DNA of 64,000 nt, from contig JAOAAF010000001.1 in assembly GCA_026419015.1 (NCBI GenBank), positions 28,283 through 92,282 of the forward strand, in the 5' to 3' direction. The notes beneath the pieces were generated by a model that made no database searches, was not told the origin of the DNA, and was given only the letters and a program-made list of their open reading frames with translations. Made by a program: the position numbers and the translations under genes. Source of the DNA: Spirochaetota bacterium. GTDB taxonomy: Bacteria; Spirochaetota; UBA4802; JAGODF01. Below are positions 27,668-37,646 of this stretch, piece by piece (position 1 is the stretch's first letter; the number at the start of each line of letters is the position of its first letter).

Positions 27668-30600
27668 TTATTCCATAATAATTTTTGAAACTTCAACGAT
27701 ATATCGTTTATACGCATTTGCGAGCATTTTGCTCACGGTATTGATGAGTTCTTTATCGCTCGACCGTTTCAGAAGATATTTGTTTACTTCGTTGAGATCG
27801 TTTTTCAAAATTTTCCCAATATTCTCCAATGCTTGTGCGTAAGCAATCGCGGTTGGGTTTCGTTGTCCCTTTTTTTGTTTTTTTAGTTCTTCTTCGAGTT
27901 TTTGTTGTATTTTTTTCCTTTCCTCTTCTTCATTAATAAATTTTTTTAGAATGTTTTCTGCAATCGAAAGAAAGTTAATTTGAGTTACTAACTCATTTTT
28001 CAAATTCCAAAACAAAATCTCATCAAAAAGGATAGGGGGAAGTGGTATTGCATGAAAATTATTTTTCACTTCGAAGGATGTTTTGTCATCTAATATGATG
28101 CGATTTTTGAGAAACATTTTATTTTTGTGTATATAATGATCGATATCGAGAAACAACATATCTCCGCGTAAGAATTTTTTTTCATCAGTAAACAGGTTTG
28201 CGCAAAAAGTAAATTTTTCTTTCAAAGATCTTTTGAGATTAATTGTTTCCAAGTTGCTTTTTATTCGCAACATTGCGTGACAGGCAGCATTGGGATCTGT
28301 ATAATAAGCAACGAGAATATCTTTTCCCATCATTGTGACTGTTCCTTTTGTCATGTTAATTTCTTCTACCACCTGTTCGCGTAATGTTTCCAACATCAAT
28401 GCGGTTTTTGTGATGCCAGATTTCCCAAGAGTAGTTGAAAGATCCGAAATTTCAATAGCCAGGATAGTAATTTTTTTTGTCTCAATTGTTTTTACATATC
28501 GTTCGTCATCAATAAGTTTCAGGGTTCTACTTCCTTCAAGCAATGTCGAATCTGGTGATTCAAACTTTTTAAAAATATTTACAATGAAATGATCTATGTC
28601 GGTGAGTTCTTCCTCTGGGAGCGTTCGAAGAGCGGAGATGATATCTGAAGAGATCCCATAATCTTCTTTTAAAAGGGAAATAAGGAAATATGAAAACTCA
28701 ACCGATTTTAATTGGGTCATAACTAACAAAATTTCCCTTTGAATGGTTTTATTTTTAATTACCATCATATCTCTCATTGCCCTTAAAGCATCTCGATTGC
28801 CGAGGCTTATTAAGAGTGCACACGCATAGATTCGTATTTTAATTCCTGGTTCCTTTAAGTACTCTTGGAGAAAGCCGATTACATGCCGTTTATTATACGA
28901 ATCTGACATTTCAATAATATATCCCATAGATAATACCACGGCTTCTTTAACTTCATTTTTATCAAATTTACGAAAGATTGAATCTAAATATTCTAAATCG
29001 CTTTCAAACCCGCACTTTCCTAAGCAAATAATTGCAAGCGTAATGATTTCCGGTTCTTGATTTTTCTCAATAACCATCTTGAAAGTTTCTGCTGCTGTTA
29101 CATTTGCGCGAAGGTCGCGGCGCAATATTATTTCCAAAATTTCTAATATAATGTCTGTTGGCTGATCGGCATGCTCCCGAAGATAATCGAGTAATATATT
29201 AAGCGATCGTGAGTCGGAAAATTGCGAAATAAGCGAAATTGCTTTCTGATGATCCGCCAACTCCCCCGACAAAAGCATTATTTCGAGTTCACCAAGCATG
29301 TACGAATAGTTTAAAACAGACAGGCATCTGGTAACCGCTTCAGCAATTTCTTCGTCGACATATTTTTTTACATAGTTATAAATTTTAACTAAGATAGATG
29401 CCGCGCCCGTAATCCCAAGTCGTCCTATTATTTCACAAAGCCTTGTAATTTTATGGCGCAAATACTTTTTTTCGAAATTAATATCTTCGAGCCGAACAGC
29501 TGACAATTCTCTCGAACGCGGATCAGCATCGTAAAGGATTTCAACTAACATTGAGAATTCTTCGGTTTCGTTTGTGCCCATGAAATGAATATTGTGCGAC
29601 AGATCTTCAAGCAGGCGCTGAATGTGCGATTTGTCTTGGTTTCGAAGGTAATGAATGATTCGTTTTTTTATTTCAGGGCTGTAGCGCTCAAGGATGTACT
29701 GGCGTATTTGTTGGAAATTCTCTGGGAAATCTTTTTCGGTTACACTTGTGATCATAAATTCTTTTCTATAGACTTCAAAAAAGGTTTCCAATGTCACAGT
29801 GAGATAATTGAAAATTTTATCGCGCATAAGGGAATTTTTTCGCGTTTCTGGGATAGTTGTAAAATATTTTTCAAAAATATCTGCTATGAGAGAATTATGC
29901 CGCGATATTTGAACGGATAAAGAAATAAGGCTTTTAAAGAGCGAATCGGGATCGCGGATTTTTTCTATATTTGCATAGATTGTATAAAGTACGTTTTCGA
30001 CGAGATCGGGATTGTCAGAAGTAAGTGCTTTCATGATGTAAATTAATGTTTCGCGGTGATTGCATCCGAGCATTGCATTTATGAATTCGACTTTTACTTT
30101 TGTAGAGTAATTATCGAAATGCGATGTCATTTTTCCGAGAAGCACGCGAACGCTAATAATTGCTTTATCTTCAGTTTCAGGATTATAGCTGAACATTTCG
30201 TCTTCTTCGCTTTTAGTTGTCTTCGCAGGATTTAAAGTTTTTTCCGAAAGCAACGCAAGCGATTTGTACACCGCCCGTTGTATCTCGTCGCGGTTCTCTT
30301 TTAACAGCTCCTCCATTTTTGAAATGTCATTCCAAAAAGCGCCAGCAATTATTGCAGCAGCGCGTATGCTTTCGGGAACCTCAGTGCTGAATGAAAGCCG
30401 TTTAAGAAACTCTACTGTCGATGGATCATCGAGCCCTTTTAATCCTAAGACTTTGCATGCGCGGATTGCAATGTAAGGATCGCTATCTTTCGCATGCTTA
30501 TTGCATAATTCCTGTATGAGCGGTAAATCTTCTTTTGTGGCGTATTTTTCAAAGTAATCAAATACATGTGTCATTTCAACATTTGTAAGTTTGGCAGATA

Positions 30601-30829
30601 ATAATTCGCGGAATACCTTTTTGACTTCATCGCTGTTGGAGTTTTTCAATTCGCATATCGCGCTTTCTCGAAAAAGAGGATCTTTATATACGTCGTTAAT
30701 GAGAATTTTCATTCCTTCTTGAGACTTTTTTAATCCCAAAATTTTATGCAATGCGATTCGTTCATACGGCGAAAGCTTAAATCCTTTACTAATTTCGAGT
30801 TTAATTGATTGCAAAATATCGGTGGTCAT
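27668..30829 (-). CDS. HEAT/ARM-repeat protein with degenerate class III cyclase-like domain
   Basis: Helical repeats (IRAAAIIA, LAIICLGKCG, IRIYACALLISLG); C-terminal segment aligns by eye with a cyclase fold; terminal coiled coil. Confidence 0.7.
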   Translation of the reverse strand: MTTDILQSIKLEISKGFKLSPYERIALHKILGLKKSQEGMKILINDVYKDPLFRESAICELKNSNSDEVKKVFRELLSAKLTNVEMTHVFDYFEKYATKEDLPLIQELCNKHAKDSDPYIAIRACKVLGLKGLDDPSTVEFLKRLSFSTEVPESIRAAAIIAGAFWNDISKMEELLKENRDEIQRAVYKSLALLSEKTLNPAKTTKSEEDEMFSYNPETEDKAIISVRVLLGKMTSHFDNYSTKVKVEFINAMLGCNHRETLIYIMKALTSDNPDLVENVLYTIYANIEKIRDPDSLFKSLISLSVQISRHNSLIADIFEKYFTTIPETRKNSLMRDKIFNYLTVTLETFFEVYRKEFMITSVTEKDFPENFQQIRQYILERYSPEIKKRIIHYLRNQDKSHIQRLLEDLSHNIHFMGTNETEEFSMLVEILYDADPRSRELSAVRLEDINFEKKYLRHKITRLCEIIGRLGITGAASILVKIYNYVKKYVDEEIAEAVTRCLSVLNYSYMLGELEIMLLSGELADHQKAISLISQFSDSRSLNILLDYLREHADQPTDIILEILEIILRRDLRANVTAAETFKMVIEKNQEPEIITLAIICLGKCGFESDLEYLDSIFRKFDKNEVKEAVVLSMGYIIEMSDSYNKRHVIGFLQEYLKEPGIKIRIYACALLISLGNRDALRAMRDMMVIKNKTIQREILLVMTQLKSVEFSYFLISLLKEDYGISSDIISALRTLPEEELTDIDHFIVNIFKKFESPDSTLLEGSRTLKLIDDERYVKTIETKKITILAIEISDLSTTLGKSGITKTALMLETLREQVVEEINMTKGTVTMMGKDILVAYYTDPNAACHAMLRIKSNLETINLKRSLKEKFTFCANLFTDEKKFLRGDMLFLDIDHYIHKNKMFLKNRIILDDKTSFEVKNNFHAIPLPPILFDEILFWNLKNELVTQINFLSIAENILKKFINEEEERKKIQQKLEEELKKQKKGQRNPTAIAYAQALENIGKILKNDLNEVNKYLLKRSSDKELINTVSKMLANAYKRYIVEVSKIIME

Positions 30830-31150
30830 ATCAACCTCATGGATTGCATTGGTTTATTGTAAAAGAATTAAATTTTATAAAGTTGTCAATTATAAAGTGA
30901 AATTGTTTTTTTAGCTACAACAAAGCTACTTTCATGTGTGGAAATTAAATCGCAACTTATTTTAACTGGGATAGTAGATTGAAAAATTTCTCATCGCTTT
31001 GTGTGTGGATAATTTTTAAAAAATAGTTTGACGAGAGCATTTGTTTCTCATTATATTTATCGAGTTATAGAAACTGTAAAAATTGTGATTTCCATAATGT
31101 GCTTTTTTTTAAAAAATTAATTTATTTAAAGAAAGGAGAGGAGTGTTTTT

Positions 31151-32389
31151 ATGAAAAGGCTAATTGCGATGTTTACATGTATCGTTCTCGTTGGTGTTGC
31201 TTTCATAAGTTGTGGAGGAGGAGGGAGGCAGACGACGAGACAACAACCGACGCCTGTAAATAATGAAATGGTCGGTGAAGCAGAAGGCATGGCAATGATA
31301 TTTGATGGCGATAAAGCACTCGCGCGAGATCGCGCGATTGACGATGCCATGAATAAGCTCGTGAAAATGAAACTTGGCACTACGGTGGAGGGTCGTTCGC
31401 TGGTACAGGACTTTGCTCTCGTTGAATCTATCATTGAAGCGAGTTCTACAGGGATGGTTCGTAACTGGTCGGTTATAAAAGAGCGCGCTGAAAGCGATGC
31501 GTATTTCGTTACAATTCGCGGGGAGGTATATCCTGCCGCGGTGAACGAAACCATTGAAGCGACGTTGCGAAATTATGGGAGGCCAAAGTTTATGATTTTG
31601 ATTAAAGAATCGTTCGATGGGGTTATCAAAGATCCTGGTGAAACAGTTAGCGAACATGCGATGATGGACATTATGGGGAATGCGGGATTTGAATTTGTCG
31701 ATTCCAACATGACAGCTGAGCTCATAAAAAAAGAACGCGCGCGCATGGGAAAGGCGATTGAGGGGAAGATTGGTGAAGACGTTCAAGAACTGTTGCTGGA
31801 TGATTTGGGTGCAGAAGTGGTAATAATTGGTACCGCAAAGACATCTGACCAAACTGCTGTAATTTCTGGAATTGCTAAAAATATGAAATCGAAACAGGCA
31901 AACATTATGCTTAAAGCGATTGATGTCTATACGGGGAGAGTCCTTGCCTCTAAAGTACACAATGCAGCAGGAGCTCACATCGATGCCGAAACTGCATCGA
32001 AAAATGCAATTGTGAATTGCCTTTCGAGCAGGCAAATGCTTGGGAAAAACGATGATGAAGGAAAGTTTGTTTCTGGCGATTTTATGAATCAGATTACCCG
32101 CCAATTTTTGAAATCGGCAACAAATCGGTTAATCATGATGACAGTCTCGGGATTGAATTTTAACGATATGACAAAATTCCGCGATGCACTGCAGGGTAGA
32201 GTGCGGGGCGTAAGCAAAGTATACCCGCGTGGGCAGGTAGGTGCTGCAGCAAAAATTGAAGTCGAATTTGCAGGCAAAACGCACGATTTGGCCCAGGAAT
32301 TGGTCGCGAAGGCTGATAAATTCGGATTTACAATTGAAATTAAAGAGCAAAAACCAAACAAACTGGTAATACACGCCAGAAAAAATTAA
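31151..32389 (+). CDS. LipL46-like lipoprotein (FlgT N-terminal-like domain)
   Basis: Lipobox AFIS-C; AEGMAMIFDGDKALARDRAIDDA FlgT_N-like motif; 412 aa; AAGGAG RBS. Confidence 0.65.
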   Translation: MKRLIAMFTCIVLVGVAFISCGGGGRQTTRQQPTPVNNEMVGEAEGMAMIFDGDKALARDRAIDDAMNKLVKMKLGTTVEGRSLVQDFALVESIIEASSTGMVRNWSVIKERAESDAYFVTIRGEVYPAAVNETIEATLRNYGRPKFMILIKESFDGVIKDPGETVSEHAMMDIMGNAGFEFVDSNMTAELIKKERARMGKAIEGKIGEDVQELLLDDLGAEVVIIGTAKTSDQTAVISGIAKNMKSKQANIMLKAIDVYTGRVLASKVHNAAGAHIDAETASKNAIVNCLSSRQMLGKNDDEGKFVSGDFMNQITRQFLKSATNRLIMMTVSGLNFNDMTKFRDALQGRVRGVSKVYPRGQVGAAAKIEVEFAGKTHDLAQELVAKADKFGFTIEIKEQKPNKLVIHARKN

Positions 32390-32414
32390 AACATTCGCCG
32401 TGTAAGCGTTAAAA

Positions 32415-32454
32415 TAGAAAAGAGCGCCAGCAAAACAGTTGGTGCTCTTTTCTA
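32415..32454. terminator. Bidirectional intrinsic terminator
   Basis: TAGAAAAGAGCGCCAGC-aaaaca-GTTGGTGCTCTTTTCTA between convergent genes. Confidence 0.8.
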
Positions 32455-32531
32455 CCTTTAAAAATATATACAACTTACGTCGCGTTAAAAAGCGTTAGCT
32501 AAATCAATCGGCACGCATGAATTCGTTTTGC

Positions 32532-33146
32532 TCAAATCCCTGCTTTTTTGTAGCCATCTGCCAAACACGTATTCACATGCACCACTCCCTTGTTTAGCGA
32601 TTTAAATATGTAATCATCAGTGATTTTTGGAAGCGCGTCTGCATCTTTTTGATTTTTCAACACCGTACCAGCTGGTACGTAGTGCCCATCGGCAACCGTT
32701 ACGCCGAGCAAAATGCATTTCGGCTCTACTACGCAATTTTTCCCTACTTTTGATTTAAATACAAGCGATTGCATGCCAATGAAGCTCTCATCGCCAACAT
32801 ATGCGGGACCATGAATTTGTACCTGATGGGCAAGTGAAACGCGCGTGCCGATGTATACGGCATATTTTTTCCCCTCAACCTCAACCAGATTTTTTTCTAT
32901 TGTAGTACCATCTTTTTCTGTTTCCAGCGCATGGATGATAACGCCATCTTGCACATTGGATTCATCGCCAATAAAAAGCGGTTGACCTTCGTCGCCGCGC
33001 ACAGATGCAAAAGGCGAGACAAATACGCGCTTGCCTATTTCCACGTTGCCGATTACCGCAGCTAAAGGATGAACGTATGCAGTGGAATCAATGCGCGGTT
33101 CGCTTTCTTTTGAACAAAAATCGGTAATTACGTTTTTATGAATCAT
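32532..33146 (-). CDS. Gamma-class carbonic anhydrase, Cam type
   Basis: RGDEG, NVQDG, HALE, SLAHQVQIHGP (three metal His), loop insertion after HALE; AAGGAG RBS. Confidence 0.92.
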   Translation of the reverse strand: MIHKNVITDFCSKESEPRIDSTAYVHPLAAVIGNVEIGKRVFVSPFASVRGDEGQPLFIGDESNVQDGVIIHALETEKDGTTIEKNLVEVEGKKYAVYIGTRVSLAHQVQIHGPAYVGDESFIGMQSLVFKSKVGKNCVVEPKCILLGVTVADGHYVPAGTVLKNQKDADALPKITDDYIFKSLNKGVVHVNTCLADGYKKAGI

Positions 33147-33231
33147 TGCGCAACTCCTTATTAAAATGATGGAATGGAAATTGTATTTCATAAACGCCAC
33201 CGATTGTTTTTTTGTAAAGCATTTTAATAAT

Positions 33232-34866
33232 TTATGCCTGATGTTCTTTTTTTATAATTGTCGCTTCATACGGAAAAAGCTTTTCAGTGGGGTGAAATTG
33301 TTCCCCTATTTTTCGATGCGTTGACAGCGCGACATTCCAAACGCCGTCTATATTGAGCGTGCAGGTGCGCGGAAAGCGAGTAAAATTGAGTATAATGCAA
33401 CACGATTCGTTTTCAGCGCATCGCAAATACGAAAGCAGGTCGTGCCCAGCATTGAGAAACGAAAGAGTACCGTAGCGAATCGCGGTGCTCTTTTTTCGGA
33501 ACGCAATGAGGTCTTTGTAAAAATTCAAAAGCGAACTTGGTTCGCGAAGTTGAATTTCTACATTTTTTTCTCTAAAGTTGCGTGCAATGGGAAGCCATGG
33601 CTCTACGGAAGAAAATCCGGCAAATTGGGTGCTGTCCCATTGCATGGGAGTGCGTTCGCCATCGCGACCGGGATTAAAAGGCCAGTAGCGCTTCCCCACA
33701 GGATCCTGAATGCGCGATTTTGGGATGCGAACATTTTGCATGCCAATTTCTTCGCCGTAGTAAATAAAGGGAGTGCCCCGCATGGTGATGAGCAGCATCG
33801 CAATCACGCGCGCTCGCTTTTCCCCATCATCGCCCGTGCTGTAGCGCGTGAAGCTTCGCACTTGATCGTGATTTGAAAATACCGTGCAGGGCCATCCTTT
33901 CTCTGGAATTCGTTCGTGATATGCGCGCAGGCGATTTTCAAAAAGCTTTGCATCCCACTTTGTATCCATGAACGAGAAATCAAACGCTAAGTGGAGCGCA
34001 TTGGTGCCATCGCCCAAGTATTTTGCTGCCAAAGCGGGATTCGGTTTTTCTGCAACGACTTCCCCGACCATCATGCGCGCATCGTATTTGTCCAAAAGGG
34101 CGCGCCATTCGGATAAAAGTTCCAACAGTTCGGGACGATCTCGATCGTAGATGTGTTTTTGCAAATCGTAAGGGCGTGGGTATTTCCCAATGCCAAATGG
34201 ATTTGAGCGGAATTGATCGTCTTTAATAAAGAAATTCACTACATCGAGTCGAAAGCCATCAATGCCTTTGTCGAGCCAGAAGCGAACTTCGTTAAACATG
34301 GCTTTTTTGAGTTCTGGATTTCGCCAGTTTACATCGGGCTGTTCTTTTAAAAACGAATGCAAATAATATTGCCCCGTTTTTTCGTCCCATTCCCACGCGC
34401 GACCGCCAAAATATGCCATCCAGTTGTTGGGATATTTCCCTTTTTTATTTCCCTGCCAGATATACCAGTCGCGCTTCGGATTGGTGCGCGATGAGCGCGA
34501 TTCCACAAACCACGGATGCAAATGCGAAGTGTGGTTCATCACCAAATCCATGATAATGCGAATGTGGCGGGCGTGCGCTTCGTCAATAAGCCGTTCGAAA
34601 TCTTTCAACGTGCCAAAAACGGGATCGATTCCGCGGTAATCGCTCACATCGTATCCAAAATCGTACATGGGACTTTTGTTGATAGGCGAAAGCCAAATGC
34701 CCACAACGCCCAAATCTTGAAGGTAATCGAGCTTTTGAATAATTCCCGAAATATCACCAATGCCATCGGCATTGGAATCCATAAAGCTTCTCGGGTAAAT
34801 TTGATAAATTACTCCTTCTTTCCACCAGAAAGAATAATGCGGCGTGTCGTGTAAGTGTTCGTTCAT
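33232..34866 (-). CDS. GH13 alpha-glucosidase / oligo-1,6-glucosidase
   Basis: YQIYPRSF, DLVMNHTS, GFRLDV, VGEV, SNHD, RDGERTPMQW. Confidence 0.95.
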   Translation of the reverse strand: MNEHLHDTPHYSFWWKEGVIYQIYPRSFMDSNADGIGDISGIIQKLDYLQDLGVVGIWLSPINKSPMYDFGYDVSDYRGIDPVFGTLKDFERLIDEAHARHIRIIMDLVMNHTSHLHPWFVESRSSRTNPKRDWYIWQGNKKGKYPNNWMAYFGGRAWEWDEKTGQYYLHSFLKEQPDVNWRNPELKKAMFNEVRFWLDKGIDGFRLDVVNFFIKDDQFRSNPFGIGKYPRPYDLQKHIYDRDRPELLELLSEWRALLDKYDARMMVGEVVAEKPNPALAAKYLGDGTNALHLAFDFSFMDTKWDAKLFENRLRAYHERIPEKGWPCTVFSNHDQVRSFTRYSTGDDGEKRARVIAMLLITMRGTPFIYYGEEIGMQNVRIPKSRIQDPVGKRYWPFNPGRDGERTPMQWDSTQFAGFSSVEPWLPIARNFREKNVEIQLREPSSLLNFYKDLIAFRKKSTAIRYGTLSFLNAGHDLLSYLRCAENESCCIILNFTRFPRTCTLNIDGVWNVALSTHRKIGEQFHPTEKLFPYEATIIKKEHQA

Positions 34867-35004
34867 CGTACATGCTCCAGAGCAGTTTTTTTAAAAATAC
34901 AAGCATTGAGAGATGGGTGTCAATTATTTATTGAAAAATGGTTGCACGATGCGTACGATGTTTGTGCATATACATTATATTTTACGAGAGATGGGATGCT
35001 AACC

Positions 35005-35505
35005 ATGCGTGCAATCTATGAACGTCGAAGCATTCGAAAGTTTACAAATGAACCTGTAGATGAGGCATTGCTGATGGAATGCATTAAGGCAGGCATGAAT
35101 GCCCCTTCTGCGGGAAACCAGATGCCATGGGAGTTCATTGTGATAGACAAAAGAGATTTGCTCGATGCGATTATGAAAATCCATCCGCATTCATCGATGC
35201 TGGAGACGGCGACAGTTGCGGTGCTGGTGTGTGGTGATTTATCGAAAGAAACGCGCAAAGGGTATTGGGTACAAGATTGCGCTGCCTGTACGCAAAACAT
35301 TTTGCTAGCGATCGCGTCGGTGGGACTTGCAGGAGTGTGGCTTGGAGTTTATCCGCGCGAAGATCGCGTGAATGGAATACGAGAACTTTTCAATTTGCCA
35401 GCGCACATTGTGCCGTTTTCGATTGTGCCAGTTGGTTACGCGGCAGAAAAAAAAGAGCCAAACAATAAGTTTTTTCCCGAGCGAATTCATCGAAATGGTT
35501 GGTGA
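35005..35505 (+). CDS. Nitroreductase family protein
   Basis: RRSIRKF, APSAGNQMPWEF, DCAACTQNILLA. Confidence 0.92.
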   Translation: MRAIYERRSIRKFTNEPVDEALLMECIKAGMNAPSAGNQMPWEFIVIDKRDLLDAIMKIHPHSSMLETATVAVLVCGDLSKETRKGYWVQDCAACTQNILLAIASVGLAGVWLGVYPREDRVNGIRELFNLPAHIVPFSIVPVGYAAEKKEPNNKFFPERIHRNGW

Positions 35506-35510
35506 TATTT

Positions 35511-36146
35511 TTATTCGATGAATTTCTCTCTCCCGTTGCAATAAAGTTTCATGCCACCGCAGTCGAGAATTGCGACGAGGCCGTCCAAATAGGCAGGTGT
35601 TCCCACGTCTTCGTGTTGGATGCCAAAATAATATTCCCGCAGGCACATAATATTCCAGTCGTGCGAGACGTTAACGTATGAGGCGTCGCCGCGTTCAAGC
35701 TGGATTCGTAAAATCGCTGCCTGCTGTTTTGCCGAAACATCTAACGGGGCAATAAGCGTCTCAGGGAGTTTCCCGTCAAACCACGCGCGTACAAATCCGT
35801 TAAATCCTCTTTTGTCAATTTCAGAAACGATATCGGACCAGTGGCCAGTGATATATGGTCCACCGAGTTCCACGAGGGAACCGTTTATTTGTGCAGAACT
35901 CCCGCTTTCGATAATGCCTTCTGCAATTTTTTCAGCTGTTTGTTTGCATCGTTGGACGGGGCTATGATTGATGATGAAATTCCCAAAGCGGGCAAGCGTT
36001 TTACCAAGCAATACTGCTTCTTGTTTCCCTTTTTCGGTAAGTAGCGCTTCGAGTGCGCGAAATGTTTCGGTAATTTGTTCGCGTTCCGCGTGCCGTATGA
36101 TGAGTGCAAAATTGGTATTTGGAGCCAAATTTGGTAACGAAATCAT
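35511..36146 (-). CDS. Histidine phosphatase family protein
   Basis: IIRHAER, LTEKG, SPVQRCKQTA, VSHD. Confidence 0.85.
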   Translation of the reverse strand: MISLPNLAPNTNFALIIRHAEREQITETFRALEALLTEKGKQEAVLLGKTLARFGNFIINHSPVQRCKQTAEKIAEGIIESGSSAQINGSLVELGGPYITGHWSDIVSEIDKRGFNGFVRAWFDGKLPETLIAPLDVSAKQQAAILRIQLERGDASYVNVSHDWNIMCLREYYFGIQHEDVGTPAYLDGLVAILDCGGMKLYCNGREKFIE

Positions 36147-36180
36147 AATTTTTTTGGTAAAATTTTAATGTTTCAAATTT

Positions 36181-37059
36181 TCAATATGATCCTAACCCTA
36201 CAATTTTTTTAAAATTGCCGCCAAGAATTTTTTGTTGCATTTCTTTTGATGGAAATAATTTTTCAATACGGCGTTTAATGAACGAAAAATCGAATTTGCC
36301 ATCTTTATCGGAAAACCCATAAGGACCATCGGTACCGTAAAGGCATCGGTCAGCACCAAGATATTTCACCACGCTTTTTGTTACCGCTTCGCTTACGTAC
36401 GATGTCTGTGAGAGATCGACGAAGACATTTGGATTATTTTTTATTTTTTTCCACGTCGATGAATATCCGGGAAATGCCGCATGTGCAAGGATTAGTTTTA
36501 AATCGGGAATTTTTTTAATGAGTTCGAAAAAATCCCCATGTTCATCATAGCCTGCATGGATGAGAAGCGGCTTGCCTATATTTGAAATAATCTTTGCGAT
36601 GGGAATAAGTTGTTTCGGTGGATAACGATGCCAGAAAGGATGAGCCTTTACGCCAATGAATTGTGGATGTTTTATCCACTTATGGACTTCTTCAATGGGA
36701 TCAATAGAAGAGTTAGGGCGAACAAAAACCCATGCAAAAAAGCGTTTGGGAAATTTTTCTGCTACTTCGAAAACTTGTGAATTGTTAGGGTGATGGTAGA
36801 TTTTATATGTTTTGCCTGAGATTTTGATATCTCCATCTGTAGTAAAGTTTTCCACAAAAACTCTTGCAAGCCATTGAGTAAATGTATGCGAAAGAAGCGT
36901 GTTCAAAATTTTTACGAGAAGAACGGGAGGTTCTTTAAATGGCTCATTCATCGCTGCCATCAAGGCTACTTTATCTATACCCGATGCATCCATTCTTTGT
37001 ATCATTTCGTCAATTGAGAAATACCGAGTATCTAAATGATAATGGCAATCTATAATCAT
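36181..37059 (-). CDS. Amidohydrolase family (Amidohydro_2) protein
   Basis: IIDCHYH, GVKAHP, LIHAG, LAHA, YGTDGP. Confidence 0.88.
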   Translation of the reverse strand: MIIDCHYHLDTRYFSIDEMIQRMDASGIDKVALMAAMNEPFKEPPVLLVKILNTLLSHTFTQWLARVFVENFTTDGDIKISGKTYKIYHHPNNSQVFEVAEKFPKRFFAWVFVRPNSSIDPIEEVHKWIKHPQFIGVKAHPFWHRYPPKQLIPIAKIISNIGKPLLIHAGYDEHGDFFELIKKIPDLKLILAHAAFPGYSSTWKKIKNNPNVFVDLSQTSYVSEAVTKSVVKYLGADRCLYGTDGPYGFSDKDGKFDFSFIKRRIEKLFPSKEMQQKILGGNFKKIVGLGSY

Positions 37060-37117
37060 TTACAATTCCTCATAATGCAACATTGCGAGGTAACATTTCG
37101 CATTGGGATTATATAGA

Positions 37118-37146
37118 TTAAAACCTCCACGATGCTCGAGGAGGTT
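37118..37146 (-). terminator. Probable terminator downstream of tRNA
   Basis: AACCTCC...GGAGGTT hairpin followed by Ts on the minus strand. Confidence 0.5.
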
Positions 37147-37161
37147 GTGTGCCAATCGATA

Positions 37162-37234
37162 TGGAGCTGATGGGATTCGAACCCACGACCTCTAGAGTGC
37201 GATTCTAGCGCTCTCCCATCTGAGCTACAGCCCC
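37162..37234 (-). tRNA. tRNA-Ala(CGC)
   Basis: GGGGCTGTAGCTCAGATGGGAGAGCGCTAGAATCGCACTCTAGAGGTCGTGGGTTCGAATCCCATCAGCTCCA: cloverleaf, G3-U70 pair, CGC anticodon, CCA not encoded. Confidence 0.97.
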
Positions 37235-37300
37235 TTGTATCAACGCTCAGTGCAACTGTGCGCACAAAAGCATAGCATTTTTTTGAAGGCAAGCACTTTT

Positions 37301-37516
37301 TTATTTATGTTGTTTTATGCAAGTCGTTCGGCATGCACGCCGTTTTTCAGAACAATACGTTGCTTTCTTTTTCTTCGCTAAGCAGTTTTTATAGTTCATA
37401 TCGCAATTTCGCACGCATCGGTCAACGCGCGAAGTGTGTGTGCCTTGCGCAAACGCGAAAATCGGAACGAAAAGCAAAAGCGAAATTACCACTCGTGCAT
37501 ATGTTTTTTTTATCAT
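37301..37516 (-). CDS. Small secreted cationic six-cysteine protein
   Basis: AAGGAG RBS; signal peptide ending AFA; mature part has CX3CX6CX9CX6CX3C. Confidence 0.75.
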   Translation of the reverse strand: MIKKTYARVVISLLLFVPIFAFAQGTHTSRVDRCVRNCDMNYKNCLAKKKKATYCSEKRRACRTTCIKQHK

Positions 37517-37646
37517 TGCTATACTCCTTTTTATCGTACATAATAAAATGCTTTCCTGTGAATTTATGAAAATTTGTTCGAATATGTTCAAATTTCAATC
37601 TGAAACGTGCGAGAAAAGAATTGTTGTTTAAATTAATGTGCGCCAA

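Noticed and set aside
31160..32104. 314-aa antisense ORF
   Set aside because: Shadow of the lipoprotein gene; no recognisable motifs
37060..37300. tRNA-Ala as an island integration site
   Set aside because: No integrase and no duplicated tRNA 3' end seen in the window
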